From Blepharisma stoltei ATCC 30299 (Eukaryota; Protista; Ciliophora): a DNA stretch of 64,000 bases. Positions 50,177 to 62,400 of this stretch are shown here, piece by piece. The stretch's first letter is position 1. Every line of letters begins with the position of its first letter. The stretch lies in NCBI GenBank assembly GCA_965603825.1, contig CBFDEM010000048.1, positions 428,918-492,917 of the forward strand. The letters are read 5' to 3'. Below the pieces are notes generated by a model. The model saw only the letters and a program-made list of their open reading frames with translations, did not search any database and had not been told where the DNA came from. A program made the translations under genes and the position numbers.

Positions 50177-53032
50177 ATGTTGGCTAGATTTATCTGTCTC
50201 CTTGTCCTTACCCTTTTAACCTCATCAACAAAAGAAATCAACCCAGACGTCAAAACTAGCTCAAAAGGCACTAAAATTGACTCAAAACTGCTTCTGCAAG
50301 ACCCTAACCTCCCCATTCAACTGTTTCAAGATGCCATGAATTCTCGAAAACTCAAAGAAAATTCAACCAGTGATGCTTCAGGAAACAAAAATAAAAGGCA
50401 ACTATATAGCTGGTGCATAGATGGTCAAAATGGCTGCCAAGAATGTAATGAGTCCAGGACCCTCTGCAGCATTTGTAAAAATGTTGGTGATATGCCGGAC
50501 AGAAATGGTGGGTGCACCACTAGTAGCCTACCTGGCTGCTCTATTGTTACCGGTGAGTTTGAATGTGATGTGTGCTCTGCTAATCACTATTTTAGCTGTT
50601 CACAATGCAGTGATTCGATAGCAAATTGTAATGTTTGCTTCAATCTTGAACAATGCTCTGAATGCATTGAAGGGTTTTATTTAGACGGTAGTAGATGCAC
50701 TCTCTGCAGTTCTAAATACAATGACTGTGAAGCTTGCAATTGAGATGTATGCCAAAAATGCAAGAGCGGCTTTGCTTTAGATGCAAATTCAAATTGTGTC
50801 TCATCTCCAACATCAAACTGTATTTCTGTTGATAATGGAGACTGTTATGATTGTGCTGAAGGATATTACTTGAAAGACAATGCTTGTATCTCATGTACAG
50901 GCATTTCAAATTGTGAACTTTGTGATGATGAATCGACCTGCACTCAATGCTCGGCTGGCTTTTTTCTGCAAGACCCTACAACCTGTGTTTCATGTAGCAG
51001 CCAAATTTCGTATTGCGCAGCTTGTGACTCAGATTCAGAATGCACGGAATGCGATTCAACGCATTATCTTACAGATTTAGACGATTGTGCTAACTCAGGA
51101 CCTGAACATTGTTACATCGTTGATAGCAATGACTTGACTACCTGCAATGATTGCTTAAAAGGCTACAATTGGGATCAGAGCGACAAAACTTGTAAAGCCT
51201 GCGGTGATATAATGCCACATTGTACTGAGTGTCAAGACGGAAATATAGAGGATTTCAGATGTTGAACATGCGATGTCGGGTACATTTTAGATATTTATAG
51301 TGTTTGCATTAAATCTCCTTTAAAAAACTGTGTGAAAGTTTCAGATGCTTCCCATTGTGAGGTATGCTCATCTGTTAGCAATGGGGTGTGTGCTTCTGCT
51401 GGAGCTCCAATTGCTAATTGCAAAATGGCAAGTACTGATAGCTCTTATTGCGCAGAATGCGATCTTGGTTATTCTTATACCGGAGAAGGGCTCTGCCAAT
51501 GCAGTGCCAAAGATTGCACTACATGCAATACCAACGACGGAAGCATCTGTGATACGTGCATTGATAACTACTATGAAGACTGCGTGCCATGCAGCACAAA
51601 AATAGCTAATTGTGACACTTGTGCTGGCGGGGTCTGCACGAAATGCAGTGCAGGGTATTTTTTGCTTTATTCTACGTGTAATTTATGCGCCTTGCTTGAC
51701 CCAAACTGCATTACTTGTGCAGACAATGAACTTTTTTGCACTTCTTGCAAGCCTGGGTTTTTGGCAGCTTACTATGGTGAATGCGTTGAATCATCACTGC
51801 TGAATTGCGAGATAGCTCAAGGTAGTACCTCTTGCACTCTATGCTTGTCTGGATACTATATTAATGATCAGCAGACCTGCTCTTCTTGTGAAGATAATAG
51901 TGCAGGATGCGTCGCTTGCTCTGAGTCATCTACCTGTCTAAAATGTTCACAAGGGTATTGGCTTGATTCCTTATCATGCTCTCCATGCAGCTCGATTCCT
52001 AATTGCCAAGCTTGTGATAATGGTACAATATGTACTAAATGCCAGGCTACTTATCTTCTTAATGAAAATAAAAGCTGTACTTCTTCTTCAATTGAGAATT
52101 GTGATGTTGTGGTGAGCAATGATCCTAGCACTTGTCAACAGTGCTCAACAGGGTATTTCTGGGATACTACTATATGCAAGGCCTGCAGTGTCCCATTGCC
52201 GAATTGTGACACTTGTTCAAGCTCAACGACTTGTTCGCTCTGCAAAACAGGCTATTATTGAAATCTTATCCAATGTTCTGTATGCACAAATGCACTAAAG
52301 AATTGTCTAGAGTGCTCTTCAGACGGCACCTCATGCTCAAAATGTGATAGCGGGTATTACCTTAATCATGAAAATAAATGCACTAGCTCTGTCCTCAATT
52401 CCTGTGCTAAAGTTTCTGATGATGGGACTTGTATATCTTGCCCAAGCAATAAAATATTTGCCTGTACCAATGGCGGTACTTCACTTCCTAACTGTGCCGT
52501 TTCCTCTTCTGACAGCTCAGTTTGTGTCAAATGCATGCCTTCCTATAAAAATCAAGGAGGAATTTGTGTTGAAAGTAATTTTTATTTAGTGTGCTCTGAA
52601 AATTGTTCTGATTGCTCATCAAAAAATATATGCACTGTTTGTAATTCAGGCTACTTCCTTTATGATAGCAACGGAAAAACAACTTGCATCTGTAACTTTT
52701 ATTTAGCTTGTGCTGACTCGTGCACAGACTGTGAGCCAAATCCAAATTGTTTCATGTGTGCTGACTTAGTCGTTCAAGATGGGGACACTTGCAGAGTCGA
52801 TTCAGTCGGGTACGAGATAAGTTTCAGCGATCGTTTTATTATTATTGATTTTGCTCACTCCAGTTCAAAAATATTAACACTTGCTAGTATAGAAGCTTTC
52901 ACAATTGACGGTCAAAATATAGCTACGACCAATTGGCTTATCAGTTCAAGATCAGATACTCAGTTACAGATTCAGACTGATAATGTGAGAGAAGCAGATC
53001 TTCCAATTAATATTGATCTTTCTCTTCTTTAA
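50177..53032 (+). CDS. Secreted Cys-rich prepro-protein, intact copy B (~941 aa)
   Basis: Four listed ORFs share a frame and join through TGA. Leader MLARFICLLVLTLLTSS...NKNKR then QLY; probable introns 52575-52589 and 52692-52706. Confidence 0.85.
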
Positions 53033-53444
53033 AGCTTTTAATAAGTAAAATTAAAGCAAACCTCTCATTATAAGCAAAAATCTAATAATTTTTACTATAA
53101 GTATCCACTTAAATTAATGTATGAAATTGCAAATAGAGCATTAATTTAGACATATAATCTTAAATACGAAATAATAAATGAAAATTAAAGCAGCATTTTA
53201 ATTTTCAATTCCTGCCCAATTGTTGTGCTAAAACTTTTATTTTACAAAATATTTAGTTTTAGTTGTTTTAAATAATAAAAATACATTTTAATTGAGTATA
53301 ATTATTTTTTACAAATAATATGTATATTATATTTTAAATATTTTGTGGAATATCCTTGTTCTTTTCATATGCCAATTTTTTTATTTTTATAATTTCATGA
53401 TGCCATAAAGTTCTCTAAAGTAAAAGAAGATGAAAGCTATTAAA

Positions 53445-54389
53445 TTAAAATAAATTACATGCGGGCTTATTATTCTTGAGCTCAATCAGCTCTTTTCTGT
53501 CTATATTAAATTTGTAATAATGTCTTGTCTTTTTGCGGTTCTTATATTCAATACATCCAATATAGATCCCTCTTTCATTATATGCCCAAAACACATAAGA
53601 AGGGCAAAAGGGAATTATTGAGTTTCCTATTCTTTCTCAAGCATACTCATCTCCAATTCTACTTTCATAAATTGCTTCACCCTCGCATTCAATCAAATAC
53701 AATCTCTCTTCTGCGTTTATCAGGATCTTTCTTTTCAGCCATGCAAACTCATAGGGAATTACTGAAAAAGAGTTAATATCAACTGAATAAAGCCAAATAT
53801 TTTTATTCCACACCCCAGAAATCAAAATATTCCTATTAAATGTTATCAAATTGCAATACCAATCAGGTTTTGGCATTGGTGCTAATTTAATTCATCGATT
53901 ACTATTTAAATCAAATCTGCAAGATAGATTTAAAAGCCCTTGGTCATTAGACCCTCCAAAGCAATAGACGCTTTTGTTGAAGTATATAGCTGATGAATAG
54001 AAACAAGGAGTTCCAGATGGTAACTTATGAGCTTTATAATTACTATCAAATATTAGTGTTGTCCCAAAAAGAGGATACATGCCAAAACAGAATAATTCAG
54101 AGTTTGGAAGTAGAGCAGTGCATGAATATATGTCTAGGGGCTTTGGAGTCTTCAATCTTTTCACCTCTTCTCTTTCACTTTTAGTGTCATAAATAAACAA
54201 ATTAACTTTATGCTCATCTCGCTCAAGAAGGTAAAGAGAAGCAGATTGATGGGAAGCTGCAGCATATTCTTTGTCAGTGCTATTTAGTCCTGAGGCAATA
54301 GATACTTCGCTATGTTCGTTTGCATTATTTATAGCGATTTCAGAGAGACTTAACTGATAATTAAGCAAGCACTTTTTCATGTTTTTCAT
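53445..54389 (-). CDS. Kelch/beta-propeller-like protein, copy 3 (314 aa)
   Basis: Open with TGA=Trp; near-identical to 31820-32758. Confidence 0.7.
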
Positions 54390-55438
54390 GTTTTTTGAGT
54401 TTAATTAAGTTCTTTTTCAACTAATCAAAAATCTTTAAGTTAGTTTAGTATTTTAAGCTTGAGATGAGTTCGTCGTTATTGTGAACGCATGTTGCTTTTT
54501 CTTAGTAATAGTATGCTAATTGAATTGTGAAGATTTTAAATTTAAATTAAGATTATTTTTCTTTAAATCTAATAACTCTTATAAATTTTTAGCAAACGTC
54601 TGACCCAACACTGAATTAAAGCAGAAATTAACTCTTGCCATAAATATCAAGAAAAGAGCTGAATCTCACAAGTTTAGATTACGATAGTAAATCATTTTTC
54701 TTCTTCTCTCTAATAGGAGATTAAGTGGAAAGGTTAAACTTGCATTGCTAATATTATTTAAACAAAGTTTTTTTATTAAAGTTTAGTAAGCACTTTTTTA
54801 TCCAAATTGATAAGAAATTTTTTCAAAGCCAATAGACGCTTCAAAAAATTGTTTAAAACTTTTCATTAGAATTTTGGATTAATTAATTTCATTTGAAATC
54901 TATAGCTGGTTCTTAAATAGTAGCAGTGAATATGCTAAAATTTAATTTTACTTTATAAAAAGGGTTTTTTTATTCCAACAGATGAATTTTGTATAAGTAA
55001 CAAGATGCATGGTTTTTAAAGATATTTCAATTCCAATAATTTTTTGACTTTAAAAAATTTTTCTTTAATTCTAAGAATTTTGACTAAAATTTATTTCGCT
55101 AGTTAAGGCCAAAATCCATTAAAATATGGCTTTACAACATAGTTTAATAAAAATTATAATGGAAATTCTTTAGAAATTCTCCGAAGAAATTGCTTAATGA
55201 TGGGCTAAAATCAACTAGTAGCACTAATTTTAGGATTCTTTCAAGCTGAAAAGAATTTAAATTTTTTAATGTTCCCAAAAAAATTAAATTTATGAAGATG
55301 CCAAAATGTGTTTCTTTGTTAGAATAATAGCAGAAACGATAAAAATTTCCATAATAAGCCTTCAAAAAAATTTAATTTATTCAAAAATAATTGTATATAT
55401 GTCGATATTTTTACTAATGCTTTTTGATCCTAATAAAT

Positions 55439-58249
55439 ATATTGGTCAGTTTTATCTACCTTCTTGTCCTTACCCTTTTAACCTCATCAACAAGAGAAAT
55501 TAGTCCAGACGTTAAAACTAGCTCAAAAAGCTCTAAAATTGACGCCAAACTGCTTCTGCAAGACCCTAATCTCCCTAATCATATTTTTCAAGACGCCATG
55601 AATTCTCGAAAACTAAAAGAAAACGCAACCAGTGATGCTCCAGGAAACTGAAATAAAAGGCAACTATTTAGCCAGTGCACAAATGATTTTTATGGCTGCT
55701 TAAAATGTAATGGGCTCAAGACCTACTGCAGCACTTGCAAAAATGCTGGTGGTTATCCTAATAAATATGGTGGGTGCACCACTGTGTGCTCTGCTAATCA
55801 CTATTTAAGCTGTTTACCATGCAGTGATTTAGTAGAAAACTGCAATACCTGCAGTAGTATTGACGAATGCTATTGATGTGAAGACGGGTATTATTTGAAC
55901 AGCAATAAGTGCTATACCTGCAGTTCTAAATACGAAAACTGTAAAATTTGTAACCCAAATTCATGCTATAAATGCATAAGCGGCTTTGCTTTTGATGAAT
56001 ATAACAACTGTGTCCCATCGCCAACACCAATCTGTAGTCATGTTAAAAATGGAATCTGTAATAAATGTGAGTTGGGGTATTACTTGGAATCCAAAGCTTG
56101 TCTCTCATGTAGCATCTTTCCAAATTGCGATTTATGGTGTGACTCCTGGGGCTGCACTCAATGCTTGCCTGGCTTCATTCCGGAACTCTCTTCGTCATCC
56201 TGTATTTCATGCAGCACTCTCATTCCGTTTTGTTTAGTTTGTTCATCAATTTCAAGATGCACGCAATGTGACTCAAAGCATTATCTTACAGATAAATACA
56301 TTTGTGCTGATTCAGGACCTGACAATTGTAATATTGTTCAGAGTGCTGACTTGTCTAACTGCGTTAAATGCTTAAAAGGCTACAATTGGGATAAGAACCA
56401 CAAAATTTGTAAACCCTGCGGTGATATAATGTTACATTGTGCTGAGTGTGAAGAAGGAAATATAGAGGATATCGAATGTTTAAAATGCGACGCAGGGTAC
56501 GTTTTAGATCCTAATGGAGTTTGCATTAAATCTCCTTTAGAAAACTGCAAGGCAGGTTTAGATGCTTATCATTGTGATAAATGCTTACAGTTCTACGGCG
56601 AGGCGTGTGTTTCTGCAGGGGCTCCAATTGCTAACTGCAAAATAGCAAGTACTGAAAGTTCTTATTGTGTAGACTGCATTTTGGGTTATTCTCATACTGA
56701 AGAAGGGCTATGCGAATGCAGGGCAGAATATTGTACTACATGCAATACCGATGACGGAAGCATTTGCGATACGTGCATTGATAACTACTATGGAGACTGC
56801 GTAGCATGCAGCGCAAAAATACCTAATTGTGACACTTGTGTAAGTGGGGTTTGCACAAAATGCAGTGCAGGGTATTATTTGTTTTATTCTCAGTGTCGTT
56901 TATGCACTGAGGTTGATGCAAACTGCATTACTTGTATAGACAATGACCGTCTGTGTGCTTCTTGCAAGCCTGGCTTTTTGTCAACTGGCTATGGCTCATG
57001 CATTGCATCATCAGTACCAAATTGTGATATAGCTTACAATTCTGCCAGGTGCACTATATGCTTGCCTGGATACTATCTTAATGATCAGAATACCTGCTCT
57101 TCTTGCGGAGCTATTTTTGCAGGCTGCAACACTTGCTCTGGCTCCTCTAAATGCCTGGAATGCTCACCAGGGTATTGGCTTAATTCCAATTCATGTCTTC
57201 CATGCAGCTCGATTCCTAACTGCCAAACTTGTACAGATTCCACAAAGTGCACAAAATGCAAGGCTACATATCTTCTTAATGAAAATAAAAGCTGCACTTC
57301 TTCTTCAATTGAGAATTGCGATGTTGTGGTGAGCAATAATCCTAGCACTTGCCAACAGTGTTCAAAAGGGTGTTTCTGGGACTCTACTAAATGCAATGCC
57401 TGCAGTGTCTCATTGCCAAATTGTGACACTTGCTCAAGTTCAACGACTTGCTCGCTCTGCAAAACAGGCTATTGTTTAAACTTTAGCCAATGCTCTCTAT
57501 GCAGGAATGCATTAGAGAATTGCCTAGAATGCTCTTTAGACGGCAGCTCATGCTTAAAATGTGATAGCGGGTATTACCCTAATCATGAAAATAAATGCAC
57601 TAAATCTTTCCTCAATTCCTGTGCTAAAGTTTCTGATGATGGGACTTGTATAGCTTGCCCAAGCGATAAAATATTTGCCTGCACCAATAGCGGTGCTTCA
57701 CTTCCCAACTGCGTCATTTCCTCTTCTGACAGCTCAGTTTGCGTGAAATGCAAGCCTAGTTATGAAAACCAAGGAGGAACTTGTGTTAAATGTAACTTTT
57801 ATTTAGTGTACCCTGACAACTGTTCTGCTTGGACATCGGTAAATGTATGCACTATTTGTGATTCAGGCTACTTCCTCTATGATAGCAAAGAAGAAACAAC
57901 CTGCATCTGTAACTTTTATTTAGCTTGTACTGACTCGTGCGAACAGTGTGGGTTAAATCCTACTTGCTTCATTTGCACTGACTTAGTTGTTCAAGATGGG
58001 AGCACTTGTAGGGTCGATCAAGCGGGCTACAAGTTAAGTATCAGCGGTCGTTATATTATTATTAATTTTGCTCACTCAAGCTCTAGAATATTTACAATTG
58101 CTAGTATAACAGCTTTCAAAAATAACAATCAAAATATAGACACGACCAATTGGTTTATCAGTTCAAGATCAGACGCTCAGATGCAGATCCAGACTGATAA
58201 TGTGAGAATATCAGATCTTCCAATTAATATTAAAATCTCACTTCTTTAA
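55439..58249 (+). pseudogene. Cys-rich prepro-protein copy C: frame intact but start ATG changed to ATA
   Basis: aat ATA ttg gtc at 55439 where paralogs have ATG. 16-codon in-frame deletion near 55783; otherwise open to TAA at 58249. Probable introns 57792-57806 and 57909-57923. Confidence 0.65.
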
Positions 58250-59639
58250 AACTTTAAATTAGTAAAATTAAAGCAAATCTCTCATATAAACACACAAAAT
58301 CTGCTAATTTTTATGATAAGAATCCACTTAAAATTAATGTGTGAAATTGCAAATAGAGCATAATTTAGACATGCAATCTTAAATACGAAATAATAAATGA
58401 AAATTAAAGCAGCATCTTAATTTATCAATTCTATGCTGCTCTCTAGCATCTTTATCATTATCTTCATCTGTGTCGTCTTCAGTCTTATCTGCTTTAAATC
58501 TCTACTAAATATTTATAGGAACAAATGAATCTCGATGCTGCCTTATTGTTTATTGAGAGTATTGTAAATAAAAGGCTTATGTGCTCTGAATTTTGACTAA
58601 ACAAATTTTTCATATTAAAAAGTTTTTGTTTGCTAAGCAATTCAAAGAATTGAAATATTTTCAATTTTTTAAGAGACTAATTAAAAGATCGCTGCAATAG
58701 TTTTTGAAAACTTAACAAATAATAATGAATTTGTTATGCCTCCATATATTTGCAATGAAATTAATTAAGTATCAAAATTATCATAGTTTATTTAAAATTT
58801 ATTCACAAACCATTCAAGCTAAATTCTTTTAACTAGCCTTCTAGCCCTATTGCTCTGGGTAAAAAGGTGCATTATTAAACTTTCCTAAAATTATCTGTAT
58901 CTCTCATGAGCATCTATTCCTTCCTTCTATTATGGAAGCTTATTGAAAACTCTTCTAATCTCCTACCAAAATTAAAACCCTGATTATTATATACGCTTTA
59001 TTTTGTATCTCTAAAAAAATTTTCCAAAGCCAATAGACGCTTCAAAATATTGCTTAAAACTTTCGTTAGAATTTTGGATTAATTAATTTTATTTGAAATC
59101 TATAGCTGGCTCTTAAATAACAGCGCTTTAAGAGTGAATGTGGTAAAATTTAATTTTACTTTATACAAGGGATTTTTGTAACTGATGAATTTTTTATAAG
59201 TAAAAGATGCATGACTTTTAAAGATATTTCAATTCCAATAATTTTTTGACTTTAAAAAAATTTCCTTTAATTCTAAGAATTTTTCAACTAAAATTTATTT
59301 CGCTAATTAAGGCCAAAATTCAGTAAAATATGGCTTTACAGCATAGTGTAATAAAATTATAATGGAGACTCTTTAGAAATTATCGAAGAAATTGCTTAAT
59401 GATGGGCTAAAATCAACTAGTAGCACTAATTTTAGGATTCTTTCAAGCTGAAAAGAATTTAAATTTTTTAATATTCCCAAAAAAATTAAATTCATGAAGA
59501 TGCCGAAATGTGTTTCTTTGTAAAAATATTAGCAGAAACGATAACAATTTCCATAATAGCTTTCAAAAAAATTTAATTTATTCAAAAATAATTGTATATA
59601 TGTCGATATTTTTACTAATGCTTTTTGATCCTAATAAAT

Positions 59640-61178
59640 ATGTTGGTTAGTTTTATCTGCCTTCTTGTCCTTACCCTTTTAACCTCATCAACAAGAGAAA
59701 TCAGCTCAGACGTTAAAGCTAGCTCAAAAAGCTCTAAAATTGACTCCAAACTGCTCCTGCAAGACCCTAATCTCCCTAATCAAAATTTTCAAGATGCCAT
59801 GAATTCTCGAAAACTAAAAGAAAACGCAACCAGTGATGCTCCAGGAAGCCGAAATAAAAGGCAACTATATACCCGGTGCATAGATGATGTGTATGGCTCC
59901 TAAAATGTAATGAGTCCAAGACCTACTGCAGTATTTGCAAAAATGCTGGTGATTTGCCTAACAAAGATGGTGGGTGCACAACTAGTAGCATGTCTTTTTG
60001 CTCTATTGTTTCTGGTCAGTATGATTGTGCTGTGTGCTCTGCTAATCGCTATTTAGACTGTTTAGTATGCAGTGATTTTATGGAAGGTTGCAAGGATTGC
60101 TACAATATTGGCGCATGCTCTAAATGTGCAGAAGGGTATTATACAGACGGCGATAAATGCTTTCTCTGCCATTCTAAATACGAAAACTGTGAAGTTTGTA
60201 ACAGAAATGAATGTCAGAAATGCAAGAGCGACTTTGCTTTTGATGCAAATTTAAATTGTGTCTCATCTCCAAAACCAAACTGTAAAACTCTTTATAATGG
60301 GAACTGCATTCAGTGTGTTGATGGATATTACTGGAAATCCTATTCTTGTCTCTCATGCAGTGATATTACAAATTGTGAACTTTGCGATAATGGATCGACC
60401 TGCACTCAATGTTTGGCTGGCTTCTTTCTGCAAAGCACTACATCCTGTGTTTCATGTCGCAGCCTAAATCCGTTTTGCTTAGTTTGTGACTCAGCTTCAG
60501 AATGCACGCAATGTGACTCAACGCATTATCTTACAGATCTAGGCACTTGTGCTAGTTCAGGGCCTGCCTATTGTAAGAATACTAAGAGTAATAACTTGTC
60601 TAACTGCATTGAATGCTTAGAAGGCTACAATTGGGATCAGAATAACAAAATTTGTAAAGCCTGCAGTGATATAATGCAGCATTGTGCTGAGTGTGAAGAA
60701 GGAAATATAGAGGATTTCGAATGTTTAAAATGCGATGTAGGGTACGCTTTAGATCCTAATGGGGTTTGCATTAAATCTCCTTTAAAAAACTGCGAGATAG
60801 GCTTAGATGCTTTCCATTGTGAGGAATGCTTAGATGGTAGCGTTGGGACGTGCCTTTCTGCTGGGGCTCCAATTGCTAACTGCAAAATTGCAAATACTGA
60901 GAGCTCTTATTGTGTAGACTGCATTTTGGGTTATTCTCATACAAAAGAAGGGCTCTGCGAATGCAGCGCAGAATATTGTACTACATGTAATACCGACGAC
61001 GGAAGCATTTGTGATATGTGCATTGATAACTACTATGGAGACTGCGTAGCATGCAGCACAAAAATATCTAATTGTGACACTTGTGAAGGTGGGGTTTGCA
61101 CAAAATGCAGTGAAGGATATTATTTGTTTGAGTCTCAGTGCAATTTATGCACTGAGGTTGACGCAAACTGCATTACTT
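59640..61178 (+). pseudogene. Cys-rich prepro-protein copy D: early frameshift and 3' truncation
   Basis: A 1-nt deletion near 59898 gives TAA at 59901-59903; homology ends abruptly at ...aaactgcattactt (61178). Confidence 0.85.
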
Positions 61179-61246
61179 ATTTTATAAATATAATATGGTG
61201 ACCTTTACCTCTCTTCCTTCTAAGTATCCGCTTTTTTTATCTCCAT

Positions 61247-61552
61247 ATGGAGTTCTACGATTACGCAAGCTGCTCTGACTCTTGCGGAGAATATGATTCT
61301 TATAGTGACAATTGAAGAGGATTTGGAGGATGCCATTGCTGAGAAGAAGATGTAGGTAGAAAATCCTCATGATGGAGCTGGAGGAAAAAGATGAGATCAA
61401 TTCATCGAGAAATTCGAGAAGAGGAAACAGGTGACAAATTGGAAAGTGACGAACTTGATGAACTTCTATTGTGGACGGCTAAGCAGGAAGGATTTGAGCT
61501 AGATGGGGAATTGATGCTCGCTGTGGAATTAAGTCAATACCAATTTACTTAA
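61247..61552 (+). CDS. Hypothetical 101-aa protein with a possible C-terminal UIM-like motif
   Basis: Open ATG-to-TAA with three TGA=Trp: MEFYDYASCSDSCGEY...EGFELDGELMLAVELSQYQFT*. GC-elevated relative to its flanks. Confidence 0.45.
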
Positions 61553-61649
61553 GGGAATTTCCCAAAAAAAAAGAATACCATTTGATTAAAGGTAAAAGCC
61601 CAGCTTATTTTTTCAATAATTTAATAATTATATGATTTTTATTACATTG

Positions 61650-62400
61650 ATTGAAAAGACATATTTTATGAATTTTGGCCTTAATTACCGAAATAAATTT
61701 TAGTCGAAAATTCTTAGAATTAAAGTAAAATTTTTTGAAGTCAAAAAATTATTGGAATTGAAATATCTTTAAAAACCATGCATCTTATCACTTATAAAAA
61801 ATTCATCTGTTGTAATAAAAAACCCCTTTTTTAAAGTAAAATTAAATTTTAACATATTCACTCGCTTTTGTTTAAGTACCAGCTATAGATTTCAAATAAA
61901 ATTAATTAATCTAAAATTCTAATGAACAGCTTTAAGCAAGATTTTGAAGCGTCTATTGGCTTCGAAAATTTTCTTAGAAATACCAAATAAGACATATATA
62001 ATTAGGTTTTTGCTTTGGTAGAGTTTTGCATTTTCAAAACCTTCCATAATAGAAGGATGAAATAGAAACTCAAAAGAGATACAAATAATTTTAGTAAATT
62101 TAATAGTGCACCATTTTACCATAGTAATAGGGTAGGAGGCTAGTTAAAAGAATTTAGTTTATATGATTTGTGATTAAATATTACATAAACTTTGATGATT
62201 TTGATGCTTAATTAATTTCATTGCAAATATATGGAGGCATAATATAAGTCGAATTTTTGCTAAGTTTTTATAAATATTTCAGCAATCCTTTAAGCTTCAT
62301 AACTTTAAGCTTATTCGAATTAATAGAAAAATTTAAAATATATAATAAAACATTAGAAAATTTTCTTTATGAACAGCAGTATTGCTTAGATTTTTATATA
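61650..62400 (-). repeat. Inverted copy of the distal part of the Cys-rich upstream element, next to the telomere
   Basis: Reverse complement matches ~39900-40655, e.g. ccagctatagatttc, tatggaggcataa and ttggccttaatta. Confidence 0.8.

Noticed and set aside
58435-58560. Short minus-strand acidic coding-like scrap (DKTEDDTDEDNDKD)
   Set aside because: Too short, with no clear start or identifiable family.
50421-60885. Many short overlapping or antisense ORFs inside the Cys-rich genes
   Set aside because: Shadow frames produced by TGT/TGC-rich repetitive coding sequence.
37264-61201. TGA as selenocysteine or cysteine in the Cys-rich genes
   Set aside because: TGA falls at non-Cys positions (e.g. 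GYY-TGA-N, where copy D has GYYW), and it interchanges with TGG in Kelch paralogs.
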